64,000 bases of DNA. Source: a virus. Location: IMG/VR virus record IMGVR_UViG_3300042922_000346, positions 650 through 64,649 of that record, one strand, 5' to 3'. The translations under genes were made by a program, and so were the position numbers. The notes under the pieces were generated by a model. The model did no database searches. It saw only the letters and a program-made list of their open reading frames with translations, and was not told the DNA's origin. Position 1 is the stretch's first letter. Each line of letters begins with the position of its first letter. Shown one piece after another: positions 29,601 to 38,296 of the stretch.

Positions 29601-29940
29601 ATTTTAAATCATCTCTTTTATATCCTAAATTATGATAATGTTTTGCTCTTATCTTTATATCATTGGATTCACTCAAAAGATGTGGATTATTTTTCAATAA
29701 AGACTCTATTCGTTTAACATAATCAAAATCATTTTCTTTAGCTAATTCAAATGTTTCATAATAATATCCTTGCCAACCATGTTCTAATGAAGAAAGAATA
29801 CCATGCTTTAATTCTCTTGCTCTTTTGGCATATTCTTCTTGTGATGCTCCACTATCTGGTGTCATTATATTACTGTACATACTGTGTCTATGATAATTTT
29901 GGAATATTAATTTATTCTTTTTATTTTTTCGTTTGCTCAT
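26638..29940 (-). CDS. dnaE: DNA polymerase III alpha subunit (DnaE-type replicative polymerase)
   Basis: N-terminal PHP motif YHRHSMYS; palm motifs GRGSGVSFYINKLLGFTKVD and PDLDLNV (catalytic aspartates). Confidence 0.85.
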   Translation of the reverse strand: MSKRKNKKNKLIFQNYHRHSMYSNIMTPDSGASQEEYAKRARELKHGILSSLEHGWQGYYYETFELAKENDFDYVKRIESLLKNNPHLLSESNDIKIRAKHYHNLGYKRDDLKFIFATEAYWVKDRFEKDNTNNHIVLIAKNENGRKAINLALSEANITGYYHKPRLDLELLLNLPKDDVFITTACIAFWQYDYADTLEIIQKLQNHFGKNFMLEVQYHNTQSQKDINTKILSISKNYGIDIIMGCDSHFISQEDTVERDNILEAKGIRYESEDGWYMDYPTGKEAFNRFKKQGILSDEEIFRAMDNTNILLTFEDITFNKDIKLPTLYPNLTQTEKDILFIKLIKEQWDNIKSTVPTMLHPKYQHEIANEVKCVVDTGMADYFLIDYYMVKDAVENRGGIITKSGRGSGVSFYINKLLGFTKVDRISAKVHMYPERFMSTTRILDTKSLPDLDLNVGEQQPFIDAQTALLGEGHSYPMIAFGTFKKKSAFKLYAKSQNLDYNIANAVSQQLEKYETALANAEDDDKDLIVLEDYVDEEYMPLIESSKKYEGIISDKKAHPCGHLLYSGDIKAEIGLIKCKTESNDKEVITTVIDGRIAEKYKFLKNDILKVDVVLINDKVYKRISMPSLDVTELIEISNKDNKIWDIYSKGFTLCINQTEQEKTREKMQRYKAQNISELCAFIAGIRPSFKSMYGIFEKREDFSYEIKAFDKLLQTEELPYSFVLYQEQIMATLSYAGFPASETYTIMKAISKKKPEIILPLKDTFIKGFGDKIRQEEPLLTQEAIEEKCLQVWTIIENSVAYGFNASHAYCVSCDSLDGAYLKANYPYEFYEVVLNHYSEKGNKDKVSALISEMDKGFNINLGEYTFRYDNRGFVANKEKNMINPSLASIKYIGKTTSDKLYELKDKQYDTFVDLLIDIEDNKVANSKEMKILINIDYFKEFGLPKKLMAIYLEVMKGKNKYDKKHTDKTKQKRIPLLKQFEKDLPNEDYPLDIKLKIDLEYLGYSKITIPNADPSIVMVVNIDTTYTHPILQLYKLQDGKIAKIKLKKQVFEKFPFEKLDMLRLTDIKEEAKRRFTNGRWIVTDQFEKVLKSYNILK

Positions 29941-29988
29941 ATTATTCCCCCTAGTGAAAATAGGAGGTAAACATATACCCCCTATTTA

Positions 29989-30017
29989 ATTATAACATTT
30001 TAATTTCTTTTTGTCAA
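29989..30017 (-). promoter_or_regulatory. consensus sigma-A promoter P1 (TTGACA-17-TATAAT, TGt extended -10) upstream of dnaE
   Basis: Reverse complement reads TTGACAaaaagaaattaaaatgtTATAAT; member of 7-copy family. Confidence 0.65.
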
Positions 30018-30451
30018 TCAAGTTCTTCGATTAATATTTCTGTTCTTGGATTTGCTTTATCATATGCTCCATATATTATTAATGGATTTAAATGATTGTA
30101 ATCATCATCTATTAACATTCCTGCATGAACTAAAGCATCTAAAAAGAATTTTGGTGATTGATTATCGTTGTCATGTCGATGTTTTGTAGGATAATACGTA
30201 TTTATTGTAATTTTACATTTATTTATTTTTAAATTACTATATCCCGAAATATTAACCAACCAAACCATAAAATCATTAAATTTTTGTTTTAATATATTCA
30301 TTTCAATATTATTCATATGAGTCCATTCATTTAACGAAGGATGAACTGGTTTTAAAACAGGTGCAACTCTTCGTCTTGGGTATAATTCAAAATAATGTTT
30401 ATTGTATTCTGCTAATACACTGTTGCTAATGATAAGTAAATAGCGGTTCAA
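30014..30451 (-). CDS. RusA-like Holliday junction resolvase
   Basis: HDNDNQSPKFFLDALVHAGMLIDDDYNHL...PRTEILIEEL matches RusA D.DN..K...DAL...G.i.DD pattern. Confidence 0.55.
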   Translation of the reverse strand: MNRYLLIISNSVLAEYNKHYFELYPRRRVAPVLKPVHPSLNEWTHMNNIEMNILKQKFNDFMVWLVNISGYSNLKINKCKITINTYYPTKHRHDNDNQSPKFFLDALVHAGMLIDDDYNHLNPLIIYGAYDKANPRTEILIEELD

Positions 30452-30456
30452 TTAAA

Positions 30457-31026
30457 TCAATCCTTTAGTAAAATTTTAAGTAAGTCGTATAATTCTAACC
30501 AATTAGTTACTCTGTAACCATCCCAATCTTTATTCCAACTATAATTACCATAACATATTTTTATTTTTGAAGGATTAGTAACTAAGCATTCTATCTTATC
30601 GTCTATAATAACATCACCAATTACAGAACTCTTATCAAATTTAAAAGGTTGATTTTTATAAATTGGTAATACAGTTACTTTATCCACATGTGGCATGTTT
30701 TGATAAATCCATGCTTTTTTTATTATAACACCCTCTATTCTGTGCAAAGTTAATCCTTCAATAATATGCCCATCAAATTTAAGCAATCGTATAACTTCAT
30801 TAACATTAGGAAATAATTCTAAATATTGGAAAAGTTTAGGATTTGCAAATACATTATCTATATCTTCTGGTGTCCATAAAGGACATACTTTACCCATGTT
30901 CCATTCTAATGTTTCATCATTTAATTCAGTTGAATAATCATTTGTTTGTTCACGATACAGTTTTAATACTGCATCGTGAGTTGGAACACAAGTTGAATCA
31001 AAATCTATTAAGATGTGTTTCCTCAT
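30457..31026 (-). CDS. HAD-superfamily 5'(3')-deoxyribonucleotidase-like hydrolase
   Basis: N-terminal HAD motif I ILIDFDST (DxDxT); size and layout like NT5C/YorS-type nucleotidases. Confidence 0.5.
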   Translation of the reverse strand: MRKHILIDFDSTCVPTHDAVLKLYREQTNDYSTELNDETLEWNMGKVCPLWTPEDIDNVFANPKLFQYLELFPNVNEVIRLLKFDGHIIEGLTLHRIEGVIIKKAWIYQNMPHVDKVTVLPIYKNQPFKFDKSSVIGDVIIDDKIECLVTNPSKIKICYGNYSWNKDWDGYRVTNWLELYDLLKILLKD

Positions 31027-31043
31027 AATATCACCCCATATTA

Positions 31044-31721
31044 TTAAATTATTTTTGTTATTATTTCATCTATTAATCCGTATTCTAATGCTTCTTCTGC
31101 TGTCATCCACCATTCTTTAGTGTAGTTTTTATTCATTAGTTTTTTTGAAATAGTAGTGTGATTTACAATATATTTTTTAACTAATTTTTCTCTTTTTATA
31201 ACAAATGGAAAGTAATCTATAAATTTACCTATAGAATTTTGATTGCCTGTAGTTCCATCATGTATAAGAAAAGTACTATTAGGATAACACGCTTTATAAT
31301 GACATGCCATTGGTAATAATGCCCCCATAGAATAAGCATGAGATATTACTATGCCGTATACTGGTGTTTTACTTGCTTTAATAATATCTATTAAGGCAAA
31401 TCCATATCTATCATCTCCTCCATCACAAGCAATATATAGTTTAATAGGTATTCTTTCTTCTTCTGGAAGTTCTCTTTCATCATCTTCTTGATTCATTTTT
31501 ATAATCGGTAGGATATATTTATTAGCTGTACTTTCATCAAGTACCCCAACTATTTTAATTTCTCTTCTTGCATAATCAACACAAGAATCTGTTTGAACAG
31601 TATCTTCTCCATCACTTAATGCAATTAATAATTCTGCTAATTCTTCATCTGTCATGTCATCAAGTTTATTAACCTTCTGTAATTTTGATTTTAATATATT
31701 AATTTTATTTATATTTTTCAT
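31044..31721 (-). CDS. ClpP-like serine protease (S14 family)
   Basis: PIKLYIACDGGDDRYGFALIDIIKASKTPVYGIVISHAYSMGALL (active-site Ser region), FLIHDG (His), C-terminal MTAEEALEYGLIDEII all in ClpP order. Confidence 0.7.
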   Translation of the reverse strand: MKNINKINILKSKLQKVNKLDDMTDEELAELLIALSDGEDTVQTDSCVDYARREIKIVGVLDESTANKYILPIIKMNQEDDERELPEEERIPIKLYIACDGGDDRYGFALIDIIKASKTPVYGIVISHAYSMGALLPMACHYKACYPNSTFLIHDGTTGNQNSIGKFIDYFPFVIKREKLVKKYIVNHTTISKKLMNKNYTKEWWMTAEEALEYGLIDEIITKII

Positions 31722-31737
31722 AAAATCAACTCCTTAG

Positions 31738-32484
31738 TTATTTATTTGAAGAACCTAGTTTACCTGTACCTCTTTTAGATGGAATAGCCATTATCTCTTC
31801 TACTGTCTTTTCTACAACGTCCACATCTGGAACTTCCTCTAATGATGCTTGACAAATAGCTTTAGCATAAGGATAATAAGTTGTGGAATCAGTAACAATC
31901 ACTTTATCAACTGATTTACTAATTATAATAGGTTTTGTACCTCCATTACTTAACGCTACAAACCATTCTCCTCTATATCCAGAGTCAATTTTTCCTGCTC
32001 GGATTTCCATTAAATTAGTACCAGTTGAACCTCTTTCGCCTAATGATACTTTATATTTAGGGTCAAACGCAGATATTATTCCAGTAGGAATCATAACACA
32101 GGTTTGTGGTTGAATGATAAAACCATCTTCTTCAAAACATGCATATACGTCATACCAACCATTTTCATAATCCTTTGAAGGTATTTTAGCATCTTGTTTT
32201 AATTTAGCAAAATATATTTCATCTTTTTTATTTTTAATGAATCCTTCTTCCCCAATAACGATAGTTGTATTATCAATTATTTTTGCTTTTGATAAAGTAT
32301 TAGTTGTTGGTTTAATGTCTGGAGTTAATGGTATTCCAACCCCTTCTTTTGTTTCAATAAAAACACCTTTTGCAAAATTAACAATTTTTTCTACTATATA
32401 AGTTTCATTAGTTTTTATATTTATCACCTCGTCCCCTTTTTCAAAAAAGGTTTTAGTACGATTGTTATAAATAGTTTTTTTCAT
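31738..32484 (-). CDS. dut: dUTP diphosphatase with ~110-aa N-terminal extension
   Basis: dUTPase motifs IPTGI, SLGERGS, RAGKIDSGYRGE, and C-terminal RGTGKLGSS in C-terminal 140 aa; N-terminal 110 aa unassigned. Confidence 0.75.
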   Translation of the reverse strand: MKKTIYNNRTKTFFEKGDEVINIKTNETYIVEKIVNFAKGVFIETKEGVGIPLTPDIKPTTNTLSKAKIIDNTTIVIGEEGFIKNKKDEIYFAKLKQDAKIPSKDYENGWYDVYACFEEDGFIIQPQTCVMIPTGIISAFDPKYKVSLGERGSTGTNLMEIRAGKIDSGYRGEWFVALSNGGTKPIIISKSVDKVIVTDSTTYYPYAKAICQASLEEVPDVDVVEKTVEEIMAIPSKRGTGKLGSSNK

Positions 32485-32485
32485 A

Positions 32486-32653
32486 TTATCTCCTCCCTTT
32501 CTTTGAGTCTTTAACTATTGTATATCCTGCCAGTTTAGCTTTTAATATAGTAATTCCCTGTTCACCTAAAATCTCTTCTATTGTAAAAGTACCATATTTA
32601 CCCTCTTCCCATTTAAGAACATTACCTTTTAATTCGTTTTTGAATATTGTCAT
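32486..32653 (-). CDS. small hypothetical protein (55 aa), first gene after promoter P2; below ORF-track cut-off
   Basis: Strong RBS AAAAGGAGAGGA 6 nt before ATG (reverse complement of 32651-32653); stop overlaps dut RBS. Confidence 0.45.
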   Translation of the reverse strand: MTIFKNELKGNVLKWEEGKYGTFTIEEILGEQGITILKAKLAGYTIVKDSKKGRR

Positions 32654-32674
32654 AAATATCCTCTCCTTTTGTTA

Positions 32675-32703
32675 ATATAGTTATATTATACCACTTTAAT
32701 TTC
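32675..32703 (-). promoter_or_regulatory. consensus sigma-A promoter P2 (TTGACA-17-TATAAT, TGg extended -10)
   Basis: Reverse complement TTGACAaaaagaaattaaagtggTATAAT. Confidence 0.65.
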
Positions 32704-32771
32704 TTTTTGTCAACATATTTTGACAAAATATAAGGAATTTCTTCCTTATGTACAAGGGGAAACCCCTTGAA

Positions 32772-33068
32772 TTATAAATTTGATTTTTCTTTCCATTTAT
32801 CCATTTTCTTTGTTAAAGTTTCAATTAATTCAGTAGGGTTTCCATCTAATTTGTAGAATAAGGATAATGCTACCAATATTACATCAATACATTCTTCTTT
32901 AATATCTTGAGATGTTAATTGTTTATATTCACAACCATTTGCTTTTAACCAAGATAATAAAGCTTGAAAACATTCTCCTGTTTCTTCTCCTAATTTTAAA
33001 GCCATTTGTTCTAATGATTTTGATTCTGTTTTACTTAATTCATGAATTTGTTCTAGTATATTATTCAA
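32772..33068 (-). CDS. MazG-like nucleotide pyrophosphohydrolase (small all-alpha NTP-PPase)
   Basis: KLGEETGECFQAL ... EECIDVILVAL paired E-x-x-E / E-x-x-D helices typical of MazG domain. Confidence 0.5.
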   Translation of the reverse strand: MNNILEQIHELSKTESKSLEQMALKLGEETGECFQALLSWLKANGCEYKQLTSQDIKEECIDVILVALSLFYKLDGNPTELIETLTKKMDKWKEKSNL

Positions 33069-33091
33069 ATAATCACTCTCCCATCCAAGAT

Positions 33092-33358
33092 TTATAGACT
33101 ATATTCTAGTTTTTCATAACTATCCGCATAATCAAATCCTATTATTTTTATACCATTAAATGTTTTTAAAGTTAAATCTTCATTATATGCCTTTTTATAA
33201 TAAGCAAGTTTCGATTTAAAATTGTCTCTTTGATTTATTATTATTTCTGGTTGTTCAAATCCCTCCATTTGTATTTTTACACCGATATACCTTGCTCCAT
33301 TATTATATGCTTTTTCAATACAGTTTTCTAATTCAGTTAATGATAATTCACTGTTCAT
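33092..33358 (-). CDS. hypothetical protein (88 aa)
   Basis: ORF in operon. Confidence 0.45.
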   Translation of the reverse strand: MNSELSLTELENCIEKAYNNGARYIGVKIQMEGFEQPEIIINQRDNFKSKLAYYKKAYNEDLTLKTFNGIKIIGFDYADSYEKLEYSL

Positions 33359-33371
33359 ATAAATCCTCTCC

Positions 33372-33893
33372 TTAATATCTTAATATTTTAGTTCCTTTAA
33401 TTAAGCTGTCTTTAACATTTATAACATTTTGATTTTTACTACCTCTAAATTTTAATGTAATGTCTCTTTGAGTTATATCAAATCTACCATCAACTAAAAC
33501 ATCACATAATTCTAATAATCTTAATTTATTACTATCTTCTAATATTTCCTCGTAAGTAAATCCAGAATAAATCCAAATATTTTTTGTTGGACATGCGTGA
33601 TGAAACATTTGTAAAAATAAAAAACAGTCATTGGCAGAGAAAAAGGGGTCACCACCGCTCAGAGTAATGCCTTGAATTAAAGGGTTTGTTTCAACATATT
33701 TTATAAGGTCTAATTGCATTTCATAATCAAAAGGTTTACCATATTGAAAGTTGTGAGTGAGGGGATTATGACACCCCTCACAAGCATGTAAACAACCACT
33801 AATAAATACTGTTGTTCTTACGCCCTCACCATCAACTAAACTTTCATAATTTATTCCACTAACATACATCTTTAATAATCCTTCTTGGTTCAT
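33372..33893 (-). CDS. nrdG: anaerobic ribonucleotide reductase activating protein (radical SAM)
   Basis: CLHACEGCHNP CxxxCxxC cluster; overlaps nrdD 3' end by 35 nt. Confidence 0.85.
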   Translation of the reverse strand: MNQEGLLKMYVSGINYESLVDGEGVRTTVFISGCLHACEGCHNPLTHNFQYGKPFDYEMQLDLIKYVETNPLIQGITLSGGDPFFSANDCFLFLQMFHHACPTKNIWIYSGFTYEEILEDSNKLRLLELCDVLVDGRFDITQRDITLKFRGSKNQNVINVKDSLIKGTKILRY

Positions 33894-36147
33894 TTAAAAT
33901 GGTTATTCCTTCTGCTGTGAAATTAGTATATTTACTATGCTTTACTCTATCTAGTGTTTCTGCAATTTTACCTTTATTAAAATTTCTATAATCTGTTGTT
34001 AAATAACCTGTAACCCTTCTAAGTTGTTGAATATTTTTACTACCACAAACTGGACATGCATCATTGAACTCACCTTGATAACCACAATCTAAACAACTAT
34101 CAATCGGAAAATTAAATGCTAAATATGGAATATCTAAATCCATAGCATAATCTATAATTGCTTCTATTGCTTCTTCATTATTAATTATTGAGTTTTCTAA
34201 TTCGATATAAGTTATACATCCTCCTGTTGGATATTTGCAGAATGGTGCTTCTATTTTTAATTTATCAAAAATAGATACTTCTTGCCATACTGGAACATGA
34301 TGTGAATTAGTTAAATATTCTCTATCGGTAACATTTGGAATAATACCGTATTCCTCTTTAAGTTTTTCCATCATGGTTTTACATAAATTCTCCGCAGGAG
34401 TAGCATATGCACTAAAGTTTAAATTGTATTTGTCACTTGCTATCTTAGCATAATCATGAATATATTTAACTACTGATAATGCAAAAGCGTGAACTTTTTC
34501 ATCTTCCGCATGATTGTTTCCAAACAATGCTTCACACATTTCAGCAATACCAATATATCCTATTGCGTTAGTATTGTGTTTCATTGCTTCATAAACACTT
34601 TTATCAATAACTTTATCATATCCCATCATTGTTCCATTTTTATACATGAAAGGTGCTGATTTGGGAGATTGACTACAAATATGATAAAATCTATCAATTA
34701 ATCCTATTACAGCTAACTCTAATACTTCATCTAGTTCTTTCCAAAAGGCTTCTAAATTATTTTTATCATGAAGAATACCCAACTTAGGAAGATTAATTGT
34801 TATTGGAGATACATTTCCTCTGCCAACTTTAACATATGAATTACTAAATCTATCGTATCCTAACATTGTTCTACATCCCATAGTTGCCATGAAAGTATCT
34901 GGATTATTAGGGTCTTCTATATTCATTGACCAATCTCCATTTGCCCAATTAGGATAAATTCTTTTTGTCATGGATTTTATAGCTAATTTTTTAATAGTAT
35001 AATTTGGTGTATTGGGTTTATCATTTATCCCTTTTTTATATTGGAAAATTGAAATAGGGAATATTGAAGTTAAATTATACTTACCAATTCCATCTATACT
35101 AGCTTTAAATATCCATTCATTAATCCATCTTCCTTCTGGACTAGTATCTCTACCTAGGTTAATTGATGTGAATGGAAGTTGAGAACCGGGACGACTCTCA
35201 AGGGTATTAAGGTTATGATATAATGCTTGAGCAGATTGTAATCCTTCTTTATTAGTCATATCGTAAGCATATTCCCAAACAGCAGGATTTAACTCTTTAT
35301 ATCTTTTATCCTCAACTTTTATTTTATATTTACCATATTGCTCAGTGATTTCTTCGTCTGTAAGTCTTGCAATATATTTTAATCCAACCTTATAATGTTT
35401 GGTAAAAGATTTAATAACATGTGGTGCTAAATCAAAATCCAAATGAACAGACCCAACTCCACCAAACTGTACTTGACTCTGACATTGAAAAATAACAGCC
35501 ACAAGTTGCATTGCAGTACTTATTGAATTTGCTCCTCGAACATCTCCATTCCTAGTTACAAACCCATTATTTAATGTTTGTGGTAAATCGCAAAATAAAC
35601 AATTATGCATTCCTACATCATAAGAATCTAAGTCATGAATATATATTCTATTTTGTTTGTGTGCTTGGGAAACAGAAGGTCTTATTAAGTTATTTAAAGC
35701 AAAATCTTTATGAAGAACTCCTGCACTTTCAAACTTTCTTCCTCCAAAAGAATATTCATCTACATTAGCATTAGAATTTTGAATATTTTTACAAAGTAAA
35801 ATATCAGATATTTTTTTATTAATTTCACTATTTTTATGCCTATCTATAGTTCGTTGGGTTCTATATTTAATATATTCTCTGGCAACATCTTTATATTGAC
35901 TTGCCATTAACTTGTTCTCAACAATTGTTTGGACATATTCTATATCTACTATTTCTTGTTGCATTTTTTCAATACCTTCTGCAATTTGATTAGCGTAATT
36001 ATAGTCTACCTCTTTAATTTTTATATCTGGATGACCTTCTTTCCCAAGTTTAATAGTATAAATCATAGCTGATATAATTGCATCTACAATCTTTTGTTTA
36101 TTAAATGGTTTTAGTCTTCCGTCACGTTTCACAATTTGTCTTATCAT
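33859..36147 (-). CDS. nrdD: anaerobic ribonucleoside-triphosphate reductase
   Basis: N-terminal ATP-cone; C-terminal Zn ribbon CLDCGYQG...CPVCGS and glycyl-radical motif RVTGYL. Confidence 0.9.
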   Translation of the reverse strand: MIRQIVKRDGRLKPFNKQKIVDAIISAMIYTIKLGKEGHPDIKIKEVDYNYANQIAEGIEKMQQEIVDIEYVQTIVENKLMASQYKDVAREYIKYRTQRTIDRHKNSEINKKISDILLCKNIQNSNANVDEYSFGGRKFESAGVLHKDFALNNLIRPSVSQAHKQNRIYIHDLDSYDVGMHNCLFCDLPQTLNNGFVTRNGDVRGANSISTAMQLVAVIFQCQSQVQFGGVGSVHLDFDLAPHVIKSFTKHYKVGLKYIARLTDEEITEQYGKYKIKVEDKRYKELNPAVWEYAYDMTNKEGLQSAQALYHNLNTLESRPGSQLPFTSINLGRDTSPEGRWINEWIFKASIDGIGKYNLTSIFPISIFQYKKGINDKPNTPNYTIKKLAIKSMTKRIYPNWANGDWSMNIEDPNNPDTFMATMGCRTMLGYDRFSNSYVKVGRGNVSPITINLPKLGILHDKNNLEAFWKELDEVLELAVIGLIDRFYHICSQSPKSAPFMYKNGTMMGYDKVIDKSVYEAMKHNTNAIGYIGIAEMCEALFGNNHAEDEKVHAFALSVVKYIHDYAKIASDKYNLNFSAYATPAENLCKTMMEKLKEEYGIIPNVTDREYLTNSHHVPVWQEVSIFDKLKIEAPFCKYPTGGCITYIELENSIINNEEAIEAIIDYAMDLDIPYLAFNFPIDSCLDCGYQGEFNDACPVCGSKNIQQLRRVTGYLTTDYRNFNKGKIAETLDRVKHSKYTNFTAEGITILNEPRRIIKDVC

Positions 36148-36227
36148 TATAATTCCTCCTAATGTTTTTATATTTTTAAATTAATATGGTGGTGCATGTG
36201 TATATAACATTAATACTTCACCTCCTT

Positions 36228-36785
36228 TTATTTAATAATATATCCACTAATAGCTTGTCTTCCCATTTTTAATGTTCTTTTTTTATAATTATACGTTGAT
36301 TCATTTGATAATCTAGGAACAAATCTATCTAGTCTATTATTTTTATTAAAATCATTACCACCTCTATCTGAAACAGTTACAATTCCAATCCCTTCTAAAT
36401 AGATTTTTGTTCCTAATGGATAAAAATTACTTGCCACCATACCATCAACTAATTTTTTACCTTCACATGTTCCAACATGTCCACCATTTTCTTCTGGTAA
36501 ATCAGTATAGTGAGTAACTGTAAAATCAACAACTTGGATTGTTGGTGGCATACCACCTCTACTAAAAGATTGTTGATTTGTAGGCATAGTTATTGTTTTT
36601 ACATCTGCTCTATTTATTTCTTTACTTGGTAAAGTTGCTGTAAGTGGCAAAATTACTTCTTCTATTTTAATATTATTATTTTCTTGTTTAGGGACATCAA
36701 CACTATTACTTGTTTCACTATGATAAGATAAAAGTAATGATACAACAATTAACGATACCATAGCTGTTTTATTTGTTTGTTTCAA
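36228..36785 (-). CDS. secreted 3D-domain protein (MltA/YuiC-like cell-wall lytic domain)
   Basis: N-terminal signal/TM VSLIVVSLLLSY; C-terminal VASNFYPLGTKIYLEGIGIVTVSDRGG...NRLDRF matches 3D-domain conserved Asp pattern. Confidence 0.55.
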   Translation of the reverse strand: MKQTNKTAMVSLIVVSLLLSYHSETSNSVDVPKQENNNIKIEEVILPLTATLPSKEINRADVKTITMPTNQQSFSRGGMPPTIQVVDFTVTHYTDLPEENGGHVGTCEGKKLVDGMVASNFYPLGTKIYLEGIGIVTVSDRGGNDFNKNNRLDRFVPRLSNESTYNYKKRTLKMGRQAISGYIIK

Positions 36786-36801
36786 AAGTATCCCTCCTTA
36801 A

Positions 36802-37515
36802 TTACGAATTAAGTATCTTTACTATAACATCTTCCTTATTACTTAATTCTTTAATTTGTAGTTGTTCTAAATCTGATTTCTTTGGTTGTCTTCCACAACA
36901 AAACTTTTCAGTACAAAATCCTACCATATCACATTTTGGTTTACATTGTGATACTATCCATTTCCATTCATCATCTAATTCACTTAAAATATTAAGTAAT
37001 TCAATAACAAGTTTTCTTATTTCATGATATGCCCTAGTACATAATCGCATTTCTGCTAAATGAATTAATGCTCTAACATTAATTTTTAAAACTACTCTAC
37101 TAATCATTGCTAAAGGTAAAACATTAGCAACATCTTCTTTTGGTATATCTAATTCTTGAAGTTTCTGATAACCTTCTTTTATGGTATCCATAATTTTAGT
37201 GTATTCTTCTGTACCCATTTTATTTTTTATTGATGGGGGAGTGAAATAATCAAATTCCCCATATTTTATATATCTTGTCGATGCTTGTAAACGAGATGTC
37301 CCTATAATGTGTGTATATAATTCTCTTATTGTTCTAGCACTATATCCATCAATTACCACAGTTACGTCTGCAAATTCACTCACCCTACCATGACCAGATT
37401 CTATAATTTCTTTAGCAACTTTGACTAAATCTTTTGGATTACTGCCCCAACATTCTTTTGCACAAGTTGCCATAACAGTTAATGGATTGTGTGTGTAATT
37501 TAGCACTTTTATCAT
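36802..37515 (-). CDS. thyX: flavin-dependent thymidylate synthase ThyX-like
   Basis: N-terminus KVLNYTHNPLTVMATCAKECWGS and GHGRVSEFADVTVVIDGYSARTIRELYTH..STRY..FxxPPS resemble ThyX conserved blocks; the canonical RHR triplet is not obvious by eye. Confidence 0.65.
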   Translation of the reverse strand: MIKVLNYTHNPLTVMATCAKECWGSNPKDLVKVAKEIIESGHGRVSEFADVTVVIDGYSARTIRELYTHIIGTSRLQASTRYIKYGEFDYFTPPSIKNKMGTEEYTKIMDTIKEGYQKLQELDIPKEDVANVLPLAMISRVVLKINVRALIHLAEMRLCTRAYHEIRKLVIELLNILSELDDEWKWIVSQCKPKCDMVGFCTEKFCCGRQPKKSDLEQLQIKELSNKEDVIVKILNS

Positions 37516-37527
37516 GTCTATTCCTCC

Positions 37528-38109
37528 CTAAATACTCTTATTTTTTATATTCCTTAATATAATATCGACCGTATCATTTGTGTTTATATTATTTATTTTT
37601 AAAATAGCTAACTTTTCAGCTTCTTTAAATGTTTCTTTATCGGATAAAAATCTTCTGCATATTTCATTGCATTGCTCCTCTGTTGCATGAGGTTGTCTAT
37701 CTATTGACCGCTTTAATAATTCCCAAGGGTCAGATACATATAAATAGATTCCAATTACATTTTCTTTACCTAACTTATCTCTTATTTGTTTAAATCCTTC
37801 TGTTTCTGTAACTAAAACATAATCTCCTTTTGATAAATCTATTGATGAATATGGAGTTGCATATTTCCAATTATTATAAGGAACGACTTCCATAAATTCT
37901 CCATTTTCATTTCGTTTATCAAACTCTTCATCTGTTAGAAAATAATAATCTATACCCTCTACTTCATTTTCTCTTTTAGGTCTGGTTGTACAACTAACTC
38001 CTTGTAACATATGCTTTCCTAGCATTTTTTGAACAGTGGTTTTACCAACAGCAGAACGTCCATATAAAATATGAAGTTTTCCTTGATTCACTTGATTCAC
38101 TTGATTCAT
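37528..38109 (-). CDS. gmk: guanylate kinase
   Basis: P-loop GRSAVGKTTV; CTTRPKRENEVEGIDYYF guanylate-kinase signature; N-terminus carries NQV x3 tandem repeat. Confidence 0.8.
   Translation of the reverse strand: MNQVNQVNQGKLHILYGRSAVGKTTVQKMLGKHMLQGVSCTTRPKRENEVEGIDYYFLTDEEFDKRNENGEFMEVVPYNNWKYATPYSSIDLSKGDYVLVTETEGFKQIRDKLGKENVIGIYLYVSDPWELLKRSIDRQPHATEEQCNEICRRFLSDKETFKEAEKLAILKINNINTNDTVDIILRNIKNKSI
38080..38109 (-). repeat. three in-frame tandem copies of 9-bp unit (CTTGATTCA on plus strand) at 5' end of gmk
   Basis: ccttgattcacttgattcacttgattcat read directly. Confidence 0.8.
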
Positions 38110-38114
38110 AACAT

Positions 38115-38251
38115 TACCCCTTACATTTATGATGTTTTAATATTTTATCATAATTTTTTATAATATAAATTGTTCCTGTGTATAAAAATATTGAAATTAA
38201 CCATATTCCCATTAATACTTTTATATAAAAGTCTCCTAGCTGTGATTCCAT
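38115..38251 (-). CDS. small membrane protein (45 aa), below ORF-track cut-off
   Basis: RBS ATAAGGAGGAT 7 nt before ATG; one TM helix VLMGIWLISIFLYTGTIYII. Confidence 0.4.
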
Positions 38252-38296
38252 TCTTATATCCTCCTTATAATAAAAGGAGATAAACTCTCCTCTTTA

